Shown in pieces: positions 9,879 through 22,109 of a stretch of 64,000 nucleotides of DNA. Below the pieces are notes generated by a model. It was not told the DNA's origin. It saw only the letters and a program-made list of their open reading frames with translations, and made no database searches. Positions within the stretch are counted from its first letter, which is position 1; the number at the start of each line of letters is the position of its first letter. Both the position numbers and the translations under genes were made by a program. The DNA is taken from the NCBI GenBank assembly GCA_965215365.1, contig CBDCDS010000003.1, positions 1,088,001-1,152,000 of the forward strand, read 5' to 3'. The DNA comes from Gammaproteobacteria bacterium. GTDB taxonomy: Bacteria; Pseudomonadota; Gammaproteobacteria; Eutrophobiales; Eutrophobiaceae.

Positions 9879-10499
9879 ATGACAGAACAAAAAGCGACCC
9901 ATGTGCATTGGCATGACGGCGACATCACCCGCGTGGAGCGGAACCGGCTGCTGGGCCAGAAAGGCGCCACGCTCTGGTTTACCGGCCTGTCGGGCAGCGG
10001 CAAAAGCACCATTGCGGTAGCGCTGGAGGCGGCGCTGTATGAGCTTGGCAAACTGAGCTACCGTCTGGATGGGGATAATATCCGTATGGGTATCAACCGG
10101 AACCTGGGTTTTTCCGCACCGGATCGGGCTGAGAATATCCGCCGTATTGGCGAGCTCTCCAAGCTGTTTGTGGACGCCGGCCTGCTGGTGCTATCCGCTT
10201 TTATCAGCCCCTATCGGACTGACCGTGAGCAGGTGCGCGAACTGCATCGGGACGCAGGATTTGACTTTATCGAGATACATGTGGATTGTGCGCTGGAGAC
10301 TGCGGAGCAGCGCGACCCCAAGGGCTTGTACAAGCAGGCCCGGGCCGGAGAGATCAGGAACTTTACCGGGATTGACGACCCTTATGAAGAACCGGAAAAC
10401 CCGGAAATCCATCTGCGTAGCGACCGCATGACGCTGGCGGAGGAGGTGCAGATCATTCTTACCTGCATGCGGGAGAGGGGAATAATTCAGGGCGAGTAG
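9879..10499 (+). CDS. cysC: Adenylyl-sulfate kinase
   Basis: WFTGLSGSGKST P-loop, LDGDNIR, RDPKGLY, FTGIDDPYE. Confidence 0.97.
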   Translation: MTEQKATHVHWHDGDITRVERNRLLGQKGATLWFTGLSGSGKSTIAVALEAALYELGKLSYRLDGDNIRMGINRNLGFSAPDRAENIRRIGELSKLFVDAGLLVLSAFISPYRTDREQVRELHRDAGFDFIEIHVDCALETAEQRDPKGLYKQARAGEIRNFTGIDDPYEEPENPEIHLRSDRMTLAEEVQIILTCMRERGIIQGE

Positions 10500-10520
10500 G
10501 CAGCGTCTGCAGTGCCTGTT

Positions 10521-10594
10521 TAGCCCGCATATCTCACCAAGTGATGCGAAGCTCGCGCCGGTAATAGAGGTGACCTTAAAAATCAGAGGCGCCT
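10521..10594 (-). repeat. MITE A end fragment fused to family B ends
   Basis: TAGCCCGCATATCTCACCAAGTGATGCGAAG followed by AGAGGTGACCT and AGAGGCGCCT. Confidence 0.75.
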
Positions 10595-11083
10595 TCAAGC
10601 CGTTCTTTCCAGCACCCGGTAACTGCTGGCATAGTCATTGTGCGCGTCAGCCTGACAGTCCTGGCGTTCAACCTCGTTCCAGGCGCTCTCGTCGAACGGT
10701 GGGAACCATACATCCCCCGCAACGGTGGCAGCTACCCGGGTTAAGTAGATGCGATGGCTAAGGGGCAGAAACAACTCGTACAGCGTGGCGCCGCCCATGA
10801 CCATAATCTCCGCAAAGCCGGCGCCGGCCGCCAGCGCGCCTTCCAGGTCGTGGCAGACGACACAACCCTCAGCCACGTAACCCGCTTGCCGGGTGAGGAC
10901 AATGTTGCGGCGTCCGGGCAGCGCGCGGCCGATGGATTCATGCGTCTTGCGCCCCATGATCAAGGGTTTGCCCATGGTGACGGCCTTGAAGCGCTTGAGG
11001 TCAGCCGACAAGCGCCAGGGTAACGCACCCCCGCTGCCGATGACACCCTGACAGTCCATGGCGACTATAAGGGAGATGATCAT
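10595..11083 (-). CDS. folA: Dihydrofolate reductase
   Basis: LPWRLSADLKRFK, MGRKTHESIGRALPGRRNIVL, GGA, GDVWFP. Confidence 0.97.
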   Translation of the reverse strand: MIISLIVAMDCQGVIGSGGALPWRLSADLKRFKAVTMGKPLIMGRKTHESIGRALPGRRNIVLTRQAGYVAEGCVVCHDLEGALAAGAGFAEIMVMGGATLYELFLPLSHRIYLTRVAATVAGDVWFPPFDESAWNEVERQDCQADAHNDYASSYRVLERTA

Positions 11084-11325
11084 CGCATGTACCGGGCTGG
11101 AGAATCCGGTTCTTCTTGTGCCTTAGGACCCATGATAATCGCGACAAGTACCATTATTGGGGGGATAGATATCCACAACAGTACTATTATTACGGCACAC
11201 AGAGCATCGTTTTTTACCCATTGGAACATCCGGGCGACACCTGCGCAGAAGCGTTTCAGTGCCCAGATTGCTACATACATAACTCCTGCTAACAGAATTA
11301 TGCTGAAGATTTGGTCGAGTGTCAT
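11080..11325 (-). CDS. Small two-helix membrane protein of unknown function
   Basis: 81 aa with two hydrophobic stretches; ATGA overlap with folA; more AT-rich than neighbours. Confidence 0.6.
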   Translation of the reverse strand: MTLDQIFSIILLAGVMYVAIWALKRFCAGVARMFQWVKNDALCAVIIVLLWISIPPIMVLVAIIMGPKAQEEPDSPARYMR

Positions 11326-11346
11326 TATTTTCGACGGTTTGTCTGG

Positions 11347-12137
<791 letters not shown>

Positions 12138-12141
<4 letters not shown>

Positions 12142-12932
12142 GTCTTCCTGCGGCGGGCAAAAACCAGCAATGCCATACCGGCCAGAATCATCGGCAGGCA
12201 CAATACCTGCCCCATGGTCAGCCACTCTAAGCCCCAATCATAGCCGATATAGCCCAGCTGAGCATCCGGTTCGCGCACGAATTCCACCGCAAAACGGAAC
12301 AGGCCATAGCCTGACAGGAACAGCCCGGACACAGCCATCAACGGGCGCGGGCGGGCGGAGAACCACCACAAGATGACGAACAGGCACAGCCCTTCCAGCA
12401 ACGCTTCATAGATCTGTGACGGGTGGCGCGGCAGCGGGCCGGCGCCGGGAAAGATCATCGCCCAGGGCACCTCGGTGGGTTTTCCCCACAGTTCCGCATT
12501 GATGAAATTACCCAGGCGACCGGTAAACAGCCCGACCGGGACTGCCGGCGCTAAGAAATCGGTCACCTCAAAAAAGGTTTTGTGGGTCTTGCGCCCGCAC
12601 CACCAGCACGCGACCAGCACGCCGCTGAGGCCGCCGTGAAAAGACATGCCGCCCTGCCAGACCTTGAGCACATCCAACGGGTTCTCTAGGTAATAGGGCA
12701 GGTTGTAAAACAGCGCCGAGCCCAGACGTCCGCCGATAATCACCCCCAGGACACCGTAGAACATGAGGTCTGCGACCTGTTCTACAGTCCAGCCGCAACG
12801 CCCCGACTTTGCCCGGTAACGTAACAGCGCCCAGGCCCCCAAGATGCCGGCGATGTAGCTGAGCCCATACCAGCGCACCTGCAGGAATCCCAGGTCTATG
12901 GCTACGGGATCAATATTCGGGAAGGTCAGCAT
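12138..12932 (-). CDS. lgt: Prolipoprotein diacylglyceryl transferase
   Basis: [39 protein letters not shown]. Confidence 0.98.
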
Positions 12933-13019
12933 CCGGGTCGTTCGGAGATGGTGTCCATACTGCTATCATAGCAGTATCACGAAGCATTTGTTGCCTTACT
13001 TCCAAAGGGAGGAAGCTGT

Positions 13020-14054
13020 ATGAAAGCGTTGTTGTATGAACAACATGGCGGGCCGGAGGTGCTGCAGTACCGCGACATGCCGGACCCCGAACCAGGCCCC
13101 GGAGATGTCGTGCTCAAGGTCGCGCTGACGACCATCAACCGGCTGGATGTGGTGCAGCGTAACGGCTGGTTCACCGTGCCGGGCTTCACCCTGCCGCATA
13201 TTGCCGGGATGGATGTCGCCGGCACCGTGCTGGCAACCGGCGCCCGGGTCACCCGGGTAAAATCTGGCGACCGGGTACTGGTCAACCCCTCCATGGCCGA
13301 GGCTCCGGCGGGCTCGAAGCTGGCCGGAATGGACGCTCGCGACGGTGAGCCGGGCGTTATAGGCAGCACCTTCCCCGGTGGCTATGCGCAGCTGTGTCTG
13401 GCACCGGAGACGCACCTGTACGCCATCCCCGACACCATGCCGTGGGCGCGCGCCGTGGTGTTCCCCACCTGCTGGATGACCGCGCATCATGCCCTGTTCG
13501 AAGTGGGGCAACTCAAGGCCGGTGAGACCTTGCTGCTGCATGCCGCCGGCAGCGGCGTCTCCATCGCCGGCATCCAATGGGCGAAACAGGCAGGGGCGAC
13601 GGTGCTGGCCACTGCCGGCAGTGCAGAGAAATGCACGCGCGCGCTGGAACTCGGCGCCGCTCACACCTGTAATAACCGTACCACAGATGTGGCGGCCTGG
13701 GCGCGGGAGCTGACCGACGGCGCCGGCGTCGATCTGGTTTTCGATCATGTGGGCGAGGCCCTGTGGGAAGCCTCGTTACTGGCGCTCAGACCGCGCGGAC
13801 GCCTGGTCACCTGTGGCGCCACCTCCGGCGATACGGTACGCATCCCCAGCCTGGGCCGCCTGTACGGCATGGGCCTGCAGATTCTTGGCTCAGACACCTT
13901 CCGCTACCAGGAATTTGGCGAAGTCTGGGCGCGCTACTGCGCCGGCAACTTCCGCGCGGTAGTGGATAGCGTCTACCCCCTGGCCGCCGGCGCACAGGCC
14001 CAGGAAAAACTCCTCAGCAACGATTTTTTCGGGAAGATACTGTTAGAGCCGTGA
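13020..14054 (+). CDS. Medium-chain (MDR) dehydrogenase / quinone oxidoreductase-like
   Basis: HGGPEVL, PHIAGMDVAG, GGYAQ, LHAAGSGV, GVDLVFDHVG; SD GGAGG upstream. Confidence 0.9.
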   Translation: MKALLYEQHGGPEVLQYRDMPDPEPGPGDVVLKVALTTINRLDVVQRNGWFTVPGFTLPHIAGMDVAGTVLATGARVTRVKSGDRVLVNPSMAEAPAGSKLAGMDARDGEPGVIGSTFPGGYAQLCLAPETHLYAIPDTMPWARAVVFPTCWMTAHHALFEVGQLKAGETLLLHAAGSGVSIAGIQWAKQAGATVLATAGSAEKCTRALELGAAHTCNNRTTDVAAWARELTDGAGVDLVFDHVGEALWEASLLALRPRGRLVTCGATSGDTVRIPSLGRLYGMGLQILGSDTFRYQEFGEVWARYCAGNFRAVVDSVYPLAAGAQAQEKLLSNDFFGKILLEP

Positions 14055-14066
14055 GACCGACCCGCA

Positions 14067-16373
14067 TCAGTCCCAACTATACCTTACCGAGCCGATGAGC
14101 TCGCGCGGCGGGATGTATTCGCGGCTGGTAGTCCACAGGCCGTAGGGGTTGGTGAAGACGTTATTGACACCGCTCTTGTCGAAGACATTGGTGATGCTCA
14201 GGCTGAGGTTGAGCGGCGCTTTGCCTGCGTCATAGTCAAGGTGCAAGTTGAGCAACTCATAGCTCGGCACTGTATCCACTCGGGGATGGTTGAACACGCG
14301 GGCCTGGAAGTTGCCCCGGTGGAGGTACTCCACCCGCGTGTACAGCACGGCGCCGTTGCCAAAGTTGTGGGTATGGGTCAGCGCCACGCGTGCCATGAGG
14401 TCCACCAGTTTCGGCGGTTCGTTGCCTTTCAGGTTGTTGGCGTTGCGCATGCGGATGCGCTCTTCCACCGCGCCTTCGGTGAACAGGCCTAGTACGAACA
14501 GGCGGGTCGCGGCGCGAAAATCCTCCACATCCAGCGCCAACATGTCCGACTTTATCCTGCCGTCCTGCCAGGCCAGCATGGCGTCGAGTTGCCAGCCGTC
14601 GGCCGGCAGCCAGCTCAGTTCGGACTCGATGCCATATTCCTCGGTCTCGGGGATAGTCCAGGTGCCGCCGGCGAATGGCTCCGGGTCCTCGTAGGTGAAC
14701 TGCAGGTGTTCGTGGTCGTAGTAGAAGGCCGTGACGTTCAGACGCAGACGCCCGTTCAGGAAGGTGTTGCGCGCCCCCAGCTCATAAGCCGTGACTTGCT
14801 CAGGCTCGAACCGGTCGGGTTTGAACAGGCCAGGACTGCCGGCGCCGCCGTTTTTCCAGCCGGTGGATACCAGGCCGTAGAGCAGGTTGTCCTCGGTGAG
14901 ATGCACATCCAGTCCCGCCTTCCAGGTCACTTTCGAGGCGTTCGTTGCCCGGCGACCATCTCCGAAAACGCCGAAGAACTGAGAGGTCTCGTCAAGCTGG
15001 TCCTCGTCCTGGTAGCGCACCCCTGCGGTGATGGCAAACATATCGTTGAGCCGCAAGGTGGCCTGCCCGTAGGCGGCGTAATCCTTGCGGGTGACGGTGC
15101 GAACTTCGGTAAAATTCAAATCGGACTGGAACGGCGGCAGGGTTTGCGCGTTCAGTTGCGCGCGCGGCAGGGAAGCCGGCGAGGCCGAAAACGGCGCTGC
15201 TCCCGTGGCCTCCAGGAAGTCATTGAAGTTCTTATGATGCAGGTAGTAGCCGCCGATGACCCAGTCCAGCTGCTCACCCCGGTAGCTGAGGTTGAGCTCC
15301 TGGCTGACGGCGTCGGAGGTGTTGTCCCAGAACGGCAAAACATCCCAGTTGTTGACTGAGAAACCAGAATTGATCAGCGCAGTGTGCTCTTCATTCAGGC
15401 GGTCGCCATCGACTGACTGCGCCTTGCTGAGCGCCTGCCAGCCGGTCAGTGACTTGACCGTTACGCCCGTGGAGGTTGCCCATTCCACGCTCAGCGCGGC
15501 GCTGTAGTTTTCCAGCGCGAAGATGCCGGGGTAATCCTGGGACAACCGGCGCGGGTCAGGGTTGGGGTCATGCTCGCTCTTCTGCGCCGCCGCGCCGTGG
15601 TCAGCGTCATGTACGAACACCTGGGCGCGGGCCGAGAAATCAGCCGCTGGTTGCCAGAGTAGCGCCACCTTGCCGGTGAAGGAATCGGCGTCATCCAGGT
15701 CATAGCCATGCAGTTCGCCACCGGCTATGTGCGCAAAACCATCCCGCTTGTATTGCTGTGCCGAGACCCGCAAGGCCCAGGTATCGGACAGCGGCACGTT
15801 CATAGAAGCGCGCCCCCGAATATGATCATAAGTGCCGTAGCTCAGTTCCACAGAACCGTCCACCTGCTCGAAATGGGGTTTTCTGGTAACGATGTTGATG
15901 GAACCGCCGGTAGTGCCCTGACCGAACTCTGTGCCCTGTGGGCCGCGCAACACCTCGACTCGCTCAATATCACCCAGGTCCAGGCCCAGGGACAGCGGGT
16001 TGGCAAGGTAGATGCCGTCGATATAGGTCAACACGCTGGGTTGGGTGACAAGGTTCTGCGCCGTCTCCCAGCCGACGCCGCGCAGGGTGACGACGCGGCC
16101 GGCGCCGTCATTTTTGGCAACGACAAGACCGGGCACATAGCCGTTGAAGTTATCCAGCCTTGCCACGTTGGACCTGTCAAAGTCTGCGCCGGACAGCACG
16201 GATACCGCAATGGGCGCGTCCTGCAGCGAGACCTCGCGTTTGCGGGCACTGACTGTAATCTCCTCCAGGGCTGTCTGCGCCAAAGCCGGGGCCAGCAGGA
16301 TTAAAGCGACAGCCTCTGCCATGACAATTTTGAGCAACTGAGTGGTGAATTTATCGAACCTGATCATTTCCAA
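14067..16373 (-). CDS. TonB-dependent receptor
   Basis: Signal peptide, TonB box [12 protein letters not shown], plug motif [12 protein letters not shown], aromatic C-terminal beta strand (VRYSWD). Confidence 0.93.
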   Translation of the reverse strand: MEMIRFDKFTTQLLKIVMAEAVALILLAPALAQTALEEITVSARKREVSLQDAPIAVSVLSGADFDRSNVARLDNFNGYVPGLVVAKNDGAGRVVTLRGVGWETAQNLVTQPSVLTYIDGIYLANPLSLGLDLGDIERVEVLRGPQGTEFGQGTTGGSINIVTRKPHFEQVDGSVELSYGTYDHIRGRASMNVPLSDTWALRVSAQQYKRDGFAHIAGGELHGYDLDDADSFTGKVALLWQPAADFSARAQVFVHDADHGAAAQKSEHDPNPDPRRLSQDYPGIFALENYSAALSVEWATSTGVTVKSLTGWQALSKAQSVDGDRLNEEHTALINSGFSVNNWDVLPFWDNTSDAVSQELNLSYRGEQLDWVIGGYYLHHKNFNDFLEATGAAPFSASPASLPRAQLNAQTLPPFQSDLNFTEVRTVTRKDYAAYGQATLRLNDMFAITAGVRYQDEDQLDETSQFFGVFGDGRRATNASKVTWKAGLDVHLTEDNLLYGLVSTGWKNGGAGSPGLFKPDRFEPEQVTAYELGARNTFLNGRLRLNVTAFYYDHEHLQFTYEDPEPFAGGTWTIPETEEYGIESELSWLPADGWQLDAMLAWQDGRIKSDMLALDVEDFRAATRLFVLGLFTEGAVEERIRMRNANNLKGNEPPKLVDLMARVALTHTHNFGNGAVLYTRVEYLHRGNFQARVFNHPRVDTVPSYELLNLHLDYDAGKAPLNLSLSITNVFDKSGVNNVFTNPYGLWTTSREYIPPRELIGSVRYSWD

Positions 16374-16428
16374 ACGCTGTCGCCGTGGTGAATTTTCGGG
16401 GTTTTACAAAGCTCAAAGAGGTTGCAGC

Positions 16429-16505
16429 TGGCGCGCCTGACAGGATTCGAACCTGTGACTTCTGCCTTCGGAGGGCAGCACTCTATCCAACTGAGCTACA
16501 GGCGC
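16429..16505 (-). tRNA. tRNA-Arg(CCG)
   Basis: GCGCCTGTAGCTCAGTTGGATAGAG..CTGCC-CT-CCG-AA-GGCAG..GGTTCGAATCC..CCA; upstream TATAAT (16531-16526) with a GC-rich discriminator. Confidence 0.97.
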
Positions 16506-16546
16506 TGGTGCTGGATACTGCCGCCATTATAACGGATAATGCTCCC

Positions 16547-18610
16547 ATGAGCGATCAATCCTTTCCACCCAACGAGCTGGCGGACGAAACCAGCCCGTAC
16601 CTGCTGCAACACGCGCACAACCCGGTTGCATGGTATCCCTGGAGTGAAGCAACTCTGGCGCGCGCTAAGGAGGAGGGGAAACCTATTCTGTTGTCCATCG
16701 GTTATTCAGCCTGCCACTGGTGCCACGTGATGGCGCATGAGTCGTTCGAGGACGAGGAGACTGCGGAGTTGATGAACCGCGAGTTCATCAATATCAAGGT
16801 GGACCGGGAGGAGCGCCCGGATATCGATAAAATCTACCAGACCGCGCAACAACTGCTGACCGGACGCACCGGCGGCTGGCCGTTGACCATGTTCCTGATG
16901 CCGGAAGATCAGACACCGTTCTTCGGCGGCACCTACTTTCCGCCGCAACCGCGCCACGGTCTGCCGGGCTTCAAGTCGCTGCTGACCCGGGTGGCTCAGG
17001 TCTGGCAGGAAGACCGGCCGGCCCTGGTCGAGCAAAACGGCGCGTTCCTGCAAGCCCTGGCGCAGACGCAGGAGCCGGCAGCGTCAGGCCCGGAGCCGGT
17101 TTTGGACCGCGGCCCGGTGAGTCGTTGCGTCGAGTTGCTGGCGCGCACCTTCGATGCGCGTGAAGGCGGCTTCGGCGGCGCACCCAAGTTTCCTCATCCG
17201 GTCAACATCGAGCTGTTGCTCAGCCATCACGCGCTGAGCGGTGACGCCAGCGCCCGGGACATGGCGCTGCTGACGCTGGAGAAGATGGCCCGGGGCGGCA
17301 TTTACGATCAGATCGGTGGTGGCTTCTGCCGCTATTCCGTCGATACCCTCTGGCGTATCCCGCATTTTGAGAAAATGCTGTATGACAACGGGCCGCTGCT
17401 GGGGCTGTACGCCCAGGCCTGGCGCAGCAGTGGGCGCGAGTTCTTCCGCCGGACGGCCACGGCTACCGCGCATTGGGTGATGCGCGAGATGCAGGCTCGG
17501 GACGGCGGCTACTACTCTTCCCTGGATGCGGATTCGGAAGGTGAGGAGGGGAAATTCTACACCTGGAAACCGGGGGAGGCGCAGCGCCTGCTGAGCGAAG
17601 CCGAATTCAATGACTTCGTACAGTATTCCGGACTGGACCGCCCCGATAACTTCGAGGGTCGCTGGCATCTGTATGTGGCACAAACTGCGGAGGCGATCGC
17701 AGCTCAATCAGGGCGCAACCCGGATGAGGTCACACAAAACCTGGAGCGCGCCAGGAAAAAGCTGTTCCGGGAACGGGAACGACGGGTACGGCCCGGCTGC
17801 GATGACAAGGTGCTGACGTCCTGGAACGCCCTGATGCTGAAAGGCATGAGCAGCGCCGCGCGGCATCTGCAGGAGCCCGACTGTTACCAGTCCGCATTAC
17901 GCTGCCTTGACTTCATCCATGCCAACCTCTGGGATGGGAAGCGTCTGGCGGCTACGTACAAGGACGGCAGGGCGCGCCTGAACGCCTACCTGGATGATTA
18001 CGCCTTTCTCATCGACGCCATCATCCATTTGCTCGCCTGCAAGTGGTCGAGCCGCTGGCTGGAGTTTGCCATGCAGCTGGCCGACACCTTGTTGGAGCAG
18101 TTTTTCGATGACGGGCAAGGTGGTTTCTTTTTTACTTCGCACGACCACGAAACCCTGTTGCAACGGCGCAAGGACTTCAGCGATGACTCACTGCCTGCCG
18201 GCAATGGCGTGGCGGCGCTGTCCTTGTTGTTGCTGGGACACCTGACGGGACGTCAGGATTACCTTGATGCCGCCGCCCAAACCCTGAGATGCGCCTGGGG
18301 CTTGCTGCAACGCTCCCCGCACGCCGGCGCCGCCATGTTGACGGCGTTAATGGAGTACAACAACCCCCGGCAGGTAATCATCCTGCGCGGCGAGGAACAG
18401 ACTCTCACTGCATGGCAACAACAGCTGGAACCGCGGCTGGGTCTGCACTCCCTGCTGTTCGCCATCCCGTCCGCGGCAACCAACCTGCCGGACCTGATCA
18501 AGGAGAAGCAGACCGATCAGGCGGGCACGGCCTTCATCTGCACCGGCTTTACCTGCCTGGCGCCGATTTCCGACTTGGAGGAGTTACAAGGAGTGTTGCG
18601 CGCTTCATAA
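16547..18610 (+). CDS. Thioredoxin-domain / six-hairpin glycosidase-like protein (YyaL/SSP411 family)
   Basis: [42 protein letters not shown]; real start placed beyond the tRNA gene. Confidence 0.93.
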   Translation: MSDQSFPPNELADETSPYLLQHAHNPVAWYPWSEATLARAKEEGKPILLSIGYSACHWCHVMAHESFEDEETAELMNREFINIKVDREERPDIDKIYQTAQQLLTGRTGGWPLTMFLMPEDQTPFFGGTYFPPQPRHGLPGFKSLLTRVAQVWQEDRPALVEQNGAFLQALAQTQEPAASGPEPVLDRGPVSRCVELLARTFDAREGGFGGAPKFPHPVNIELLLSHHALSGDASARDMALLTLEKMARGGIYDQIGGGFCRYSVDTLWRIPHFEKMLYDNGPLLGLYAQAWRSSGREFFRRTATATAHWVMREMQARDGGYYSSLDADSEGEEGKFYTWKPGEAQRLLSEAEFNDFVQYSGLDRPDNFEGRWHLYVAQTAEAIAAQSGRNPDEVTQNLERARKKLFRERERRVRPGCDDKVLTSWNALMLKGMSSAARHLQEPDCYQSALRCLDFIHANLWDGKRLAATYKDGRARLNAYLDDYAFLIDAIIHLLACKWSSRWLEFAMQLADTLLEQFFDDGQGGFFFTSHDHETLLQRRKDFSDDSLPAGNGVAALSLLLLGHLTGRQDYLDAAAQTLRCAWGLLQRSPHAGAAMLTALMEYNNPRQVIILRGEEQTLTAWQQQLEPRLGLHSLLFAIPSAATNLPDLIKEKQTDQAGTAFICTGFTCLAPISDLEELQGVLRAS

Positions 18611-18624
18611 TGCGATTCCTGCCC

Positions 18625-18680
18625 CCTCCGTCATTCCCGCTTGCGCGGGAATGACGGAGGACGGGGCGCGGGAATGACAG
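18625..18680. repeat. REP-like perfect palindrome between convergent genes (possible bidirectional terminator)
   Basis: CCTCCGTCATTCCCGC-TTGC-GCGGGAATGACGGAGG (16-bp stem) plus an extra GCGGGAATGAC half; degenerate relative at about 22056-22088. Confidence 0.75.
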
Positions 18681-18696
18681 AAGTATTTGCCTTACC

Positions 18697-19560
18697 TTAC
18701 CCCTGATAAATATGCCCGGTCAGGGAGATGCGCGCAGCCAGACTCTCGACCGCCATCACCAGCGAATGCGTCAGCGCGGAGTTCTCGGAATAATCCGCCG
18801 GCGCCAGGTTCGATACCCGGCCATCCTCGATAAACCCCCAGGCGCGGCTGCGTTTTTCCCGGTCGTCCGGGTCACCCAGCACACCGAATGCGAATCCCTC
18901 ACCCTGCTTTACCAATGAGAAGCAGGGGATGTCCGTGTAACCATCCCCCACCATGATCATGTGTTTGATGGGTACCCGGATGCGCGCCGGGTCCACCTTG
19001 CGGTTTACCTCAAAGGGTTTGCCCACGTATTCAGCGCCAAAAATCCCTTTCTGCACGTGAAAGATATAGCGGGTCTTGTCGGTAAAACTGACAATTTTGC
19101 GCGGGAACCTGACACGCCCCTGCTCGTCGTAGGCAAAGTCCGAGGCCCAGATTTCCTTGAATTCATGGGCGATGGACGTATTTCTCAGCACTTCCCCGAT
19201 ACCGGAACTGATGAGATAAAACTCCAGCGTGACGCGCGGGTTGGCCTGGAATGCAGCCTCTCGCAGCCGGGTAAAGATGGTTTCTACTCCCCGGTACAAC
19301 GGCAGTTCCGCGCCCCAGCGCGCCAGACTGTCCCGGGTAATGGGGTCAATGGCGCCGCTGGCGGACTTTTCAATCATCTGGTACAGATAAGCCGGCACCG
19401 GGTCCCATTCCTCCGTTGCGGTGCGGGTTTCCATCATGGGGCGCACTTCTTCGGTCCAGAAATGGCGCACATCCAGGCCGCAACGCGCCAGATAGCCGGA
19501 GGTGCTGTCCGGCGCCAGGGTATCGTCAAAATCGAAGAGGATGGCGATGACTTCGTGCAT
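18697..19560 (-). CDS. HAD-superfamily hydrolase
   Basis: FDFDDTL motif I, ISSG motif II, GDGYTD motif IV. Confidence 0.88.
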   Translation of the reverse strand: MHEVIAILFDFDDTLAPDSTSGYLARCGLDVRHFWTEEVRPMMETRTATEEWDPVPAYLYQMIEKSASGAIDPITRDSLARWGAELPLYRGVETIFTRLREAAFQANPRVTLEFYLISSGIGEVLRNTSIAHEFKEIWASDFAYDEQGRVRFPRKIVSFTDKTRYIFHVQKGIFGAEYVGKPFEVNRKVDPARIRVPIKHMIMVGDGYTDIPCFSLVKQGEGFAFGVLGDPDDREKRSRAWGFIEDGRVSNLAPADYSENSALTHSLVMAVESLAARISLTGHIYQG

Positions 19561-19696
19561 GCAACGTAGTGTATCAAAATCTTTGCGATCAATTCCGTCC
19601 AGAGCCTGCCCCGGCATGGAGTTGAGTCGGGGGAGGGCCGCAATGAGTGACGAGCAGGGGGTGAGTAGTTACCATTTGTCAATTATACTGCCACTC

Positions 19697-20701
19697 ATGG
19701 CAACCCAGGACATTCTTGATACCGCATTGCAGTGGCTGGCTGAGGGTCGCAAGCTGGCCCTGGCGACTGTGGTGGAGACTTGGGGCTCGGCACCGGTTCC
19801 CGCTGGCAGCCAACTGCTGGTGGACGGGCAGACCCACTTTATCGGTTCGGTTTCCGGAGGCTGCGTGGAAACTGCGGTCATTGGCGCGGCGCAGGAGGTA
19901 ATAAGCAATGGGGCGCCGCGCCTGCTTGAATACGGCGTGACCAATGAAAGGGCCTGGGAGGTCGGACTGGCTTGTGGCGGACATATCAGGATTTACCTGG
20001 AATTTATCAGCGCGGCGCAGCAGACGTTGCTGCAACAGCTCAATACCTGCCGCGCCGCGGGCGCGTCCTGTGTCCTGCTCAGGAACCTCGATACCCATGA
20101 CGGTCTGGTGTTGGAACCGGGCTTGCATGTGGATGAGCAACATGCAGAGTTGCATGAACTGTCCCTGCAAGCGTTGCAGACCGACCGCTGTGTGCGGCAC
20201 CAGGTGCAGGGGCAGGACTGGTTCATTCAACCCGTTAACACGCCGTTGCGCCTGCTCATCATTGGCGCGGTGCATACCGCCCAGCATCTGGCAGGTTACG
20301 CCTTGTCCTGTGGTTACGAGGTGGTGGTGGTTGACCCAAGACCGGCGTTTGCCAGCGTCGCCCGTTTTCCCGGAGTGGCCCTGAACACGGAGTGGCCGGA
20401 TTATGCCTTGGAATTGCTGGCGCCGGACCGGCGTACCGCCCTGGTGACCCTGTCGCACGATCCGAAACTGGATGATCCGGCCTTGCAGCTGGCATTGCGT
20501 TCCCCGGCATTTTATGTCGGTGCTCTGGGCAGCAGGAAAACCCAGGCCGCGCGCCGGGAACGGTTGCGCGCGGCCGGCCTCGCGGAGGCTGAAATCGCCC
20601 GGTTAAAGGCACCGGTAGGACTGGATATCGGTGCCCGTTCCCCGGCGGAGATTGCGGTATCGATCATGGCACAGATGACCCAGACGCTGCGTAAGGCGTG
20701 A
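19697..20701 (+). CDS. xdhC: XdhC/CoxI molybdenum-hydroxylase accessory protein
   Basis: TWGSAP, GSVSGGCVE, VGLACGG, HDPKLDD, YVGALGS, GLDIGARSPAEIAVSI. Confidence 0.92.
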   Translation: MATQDILDTALQWLAEGRKLALATVVETWGSAPVPAGSQLLVDGQTHFIGSVSGGCVETAVIGAAQEVISNGAPRLLEYGVTNERAWEVGLACGGHIRIYLEFISAAQQTLLQQLNTCRAAGASCVLLRNLDTHDGLVLEPGLHVDEQHAELHELSLQALQTDRCVRHQVQGQDWFIQPVNTPLRLLIIGAVHTAQHLAGYALSCGYEVVVVDPRPAFASVARFPGVALNTEWPDYALELLAPDRRTALVTLSHDPKLDDPALQLALRSPAFYVGALGSRKTQAARRERLRAAGLAEAEIARLKAPVGLDIGARSPAEIAVSIMAQMTQTLRKA

Positions 20702-20722
20702 TGCACTGAAAAGTAATCTGCG

Positions 20723-22039
20723 CTAATCTGCGCCATCTGCGGACCAATCACTCGCTTTAATCAAGCGATAGCAACAGCACAGCAGCAGCAGCGCGGTGAC
20801 CAGACTGGCGGCAATGGCAGCGAGGCCGGCGCCGGGCAGGCCGAGTTCCGGGAGCAGCGCCAGCAGCGCCGCGACCTGCACGAGGGTGGCGAACATCCGC
20901 ACGCGCATGGAAATTTCGGGGCGGCCGATGGCATGCAGGGCGGGGTCAAGCGCGAAGCTGGCCAGGGCCAGGGCCGCGGCGATCAGTAGCAGCATGAGGA
21001 CGTTATAGGCGCTGACGTACTCGGTGCCGAAGAACAGCCCCAGCAGCGGCTGTCCGAACAGGAAAACGAGCGCCAGGATGATGCCGGCCAAGGCCGCGCC
21101 GGCCAGGGCGGAATGGATTATCAGATCCCACAGGCGCCGGAAATTCCCGAGTGCCGCAATTTTTGTCATTTCCGGGTAAACAGTCTCAGTGAACAGCAGC
21201 GCCGGTTTGACCAGCGCGTTGGCAAATTCCTGGGTGACCTTGAACAGGCCGGCGCTGGCCGGGCCGGTCAGGGCGCCGACGATGAGGGTGGCAATATGCA
21301 CACTGGAGGTATGCAGGGTTGTGTTGATGTGCGAGGCCCAGATAAACGACAGAATCCCTTCGTGAGGCCGCAGCAGCTGGTGCAGGCTGAGGTTCATATC
21401 CTTGCCAAAGCCACTGCGACCGAACTCACGCCAGCCCAGCCACACCGTGGCAAAACATTGCAGCACGCCGGCGCCGAACCATACCAGCAGGAACGCCGCG
21501 ACGTGCCGGTAGAGCAGGAATGCGCCCAAGGCACCAACCAGACGCAGGGTGGGTACCAGCATCTGCATGAGCGCAATCAGGTCGAAACGGTCGAACAGGC
21601 GCAGCAGGCCCAGGGATGTATTCTTGAAGTTGAACAGGATCATCAGGCAGTAGAGGGCGGCCAGCGGCGCCAGTTCCGGAGTGACACCGAACCAGGGGGC
21701 GACCAACGGTATTGCCAGCACACCCACCAGTGTGCCGAGCACACAGAACCCCAGGTCCAGCAGCAGGGTGAATTTCACCAGTTTTTGGAAGTCTGCGCGG
21801 CTGTTCCGCTGCCGGCACAGTGCGCCGTACCTCACTACGCACTGCGAGGTCTTCAACGTGACCAGATCACGGATTGCGGCAGTATAGGCGTGGATGAGGA
21901 TGAGTACGCCGAAATTGTGAACACCCAGGGCGCGGGTAGCCAGCGCCAGATAAGCCAGACCCACCAACGCGGTATAAACCTTGCTCGCAGTGAGCATGGC
22001 GGAGTTCTTGAAAATCCGGAGGTAGAGACCGTCGTTCAT
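20723..22039 (-). CDS. MOP/Wzx-like lipid or oligosaccharide flippase
   Basis: About 12 hydrophobic segments, ATRALG..FG pattern; co-oriented downstream of spt. Confidence 0.8.
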   Translation of the reverse strand: MNDGLYLRIFKNSAMLTASKVYTALVGLAYLALATRALGVHNFGVLILIHAYTAAIRDLVTLKTSQCVVRYGALCRQRNSRADFQKLVKFTLLLDLGFCVLGTLVGVLAIPLVAPWFGVTPELAPLAALYCLMILFNFKNTSLGLLRLFDRFDLIALMQMLVPTLRLVGALGAFLLYRHVAAFLLVWFGAGVLQCFATVWLGWREFGRSGFGKDMNLSLHQLLRPHEGILSFIWASHINTTLHTSSVHIATLIVGALTGPASAGLFKVTQEFANALVKPALLFTETVYPEMTKIAALGNFRRLWDLIIHSALAGAALAGIILALVFLFGQPLLGLFFGTEYVSAYNVLMLLLIAAALALASFALDPALHAIGRPEISMRVRMFATLVQVAALLALLPELGLPGAGLAAIAASLVTALLLLCCCYRLIKASDWSADGAD

Positions 22040-22109
22040 GTTACCTTTCCCATTCGTCATCCCTGCGCAAACAGGAATGTTAATGACGGGTCGTAATGCG
22101 CGGTGCCAT

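Noticed and set aside
16374-16428. Riboswitch upstream of the TonB-dependent receptor
   Set aside because: Only 55 nt separate the tRNA end from the ORF, and no recognisable aptamer motif is present.
16385-16546. N-terminal extension of the YyaL-like ORF
   Set aside because: It is the antisense reading of tRNA-Arg; family similarity starts after ATG 16547.
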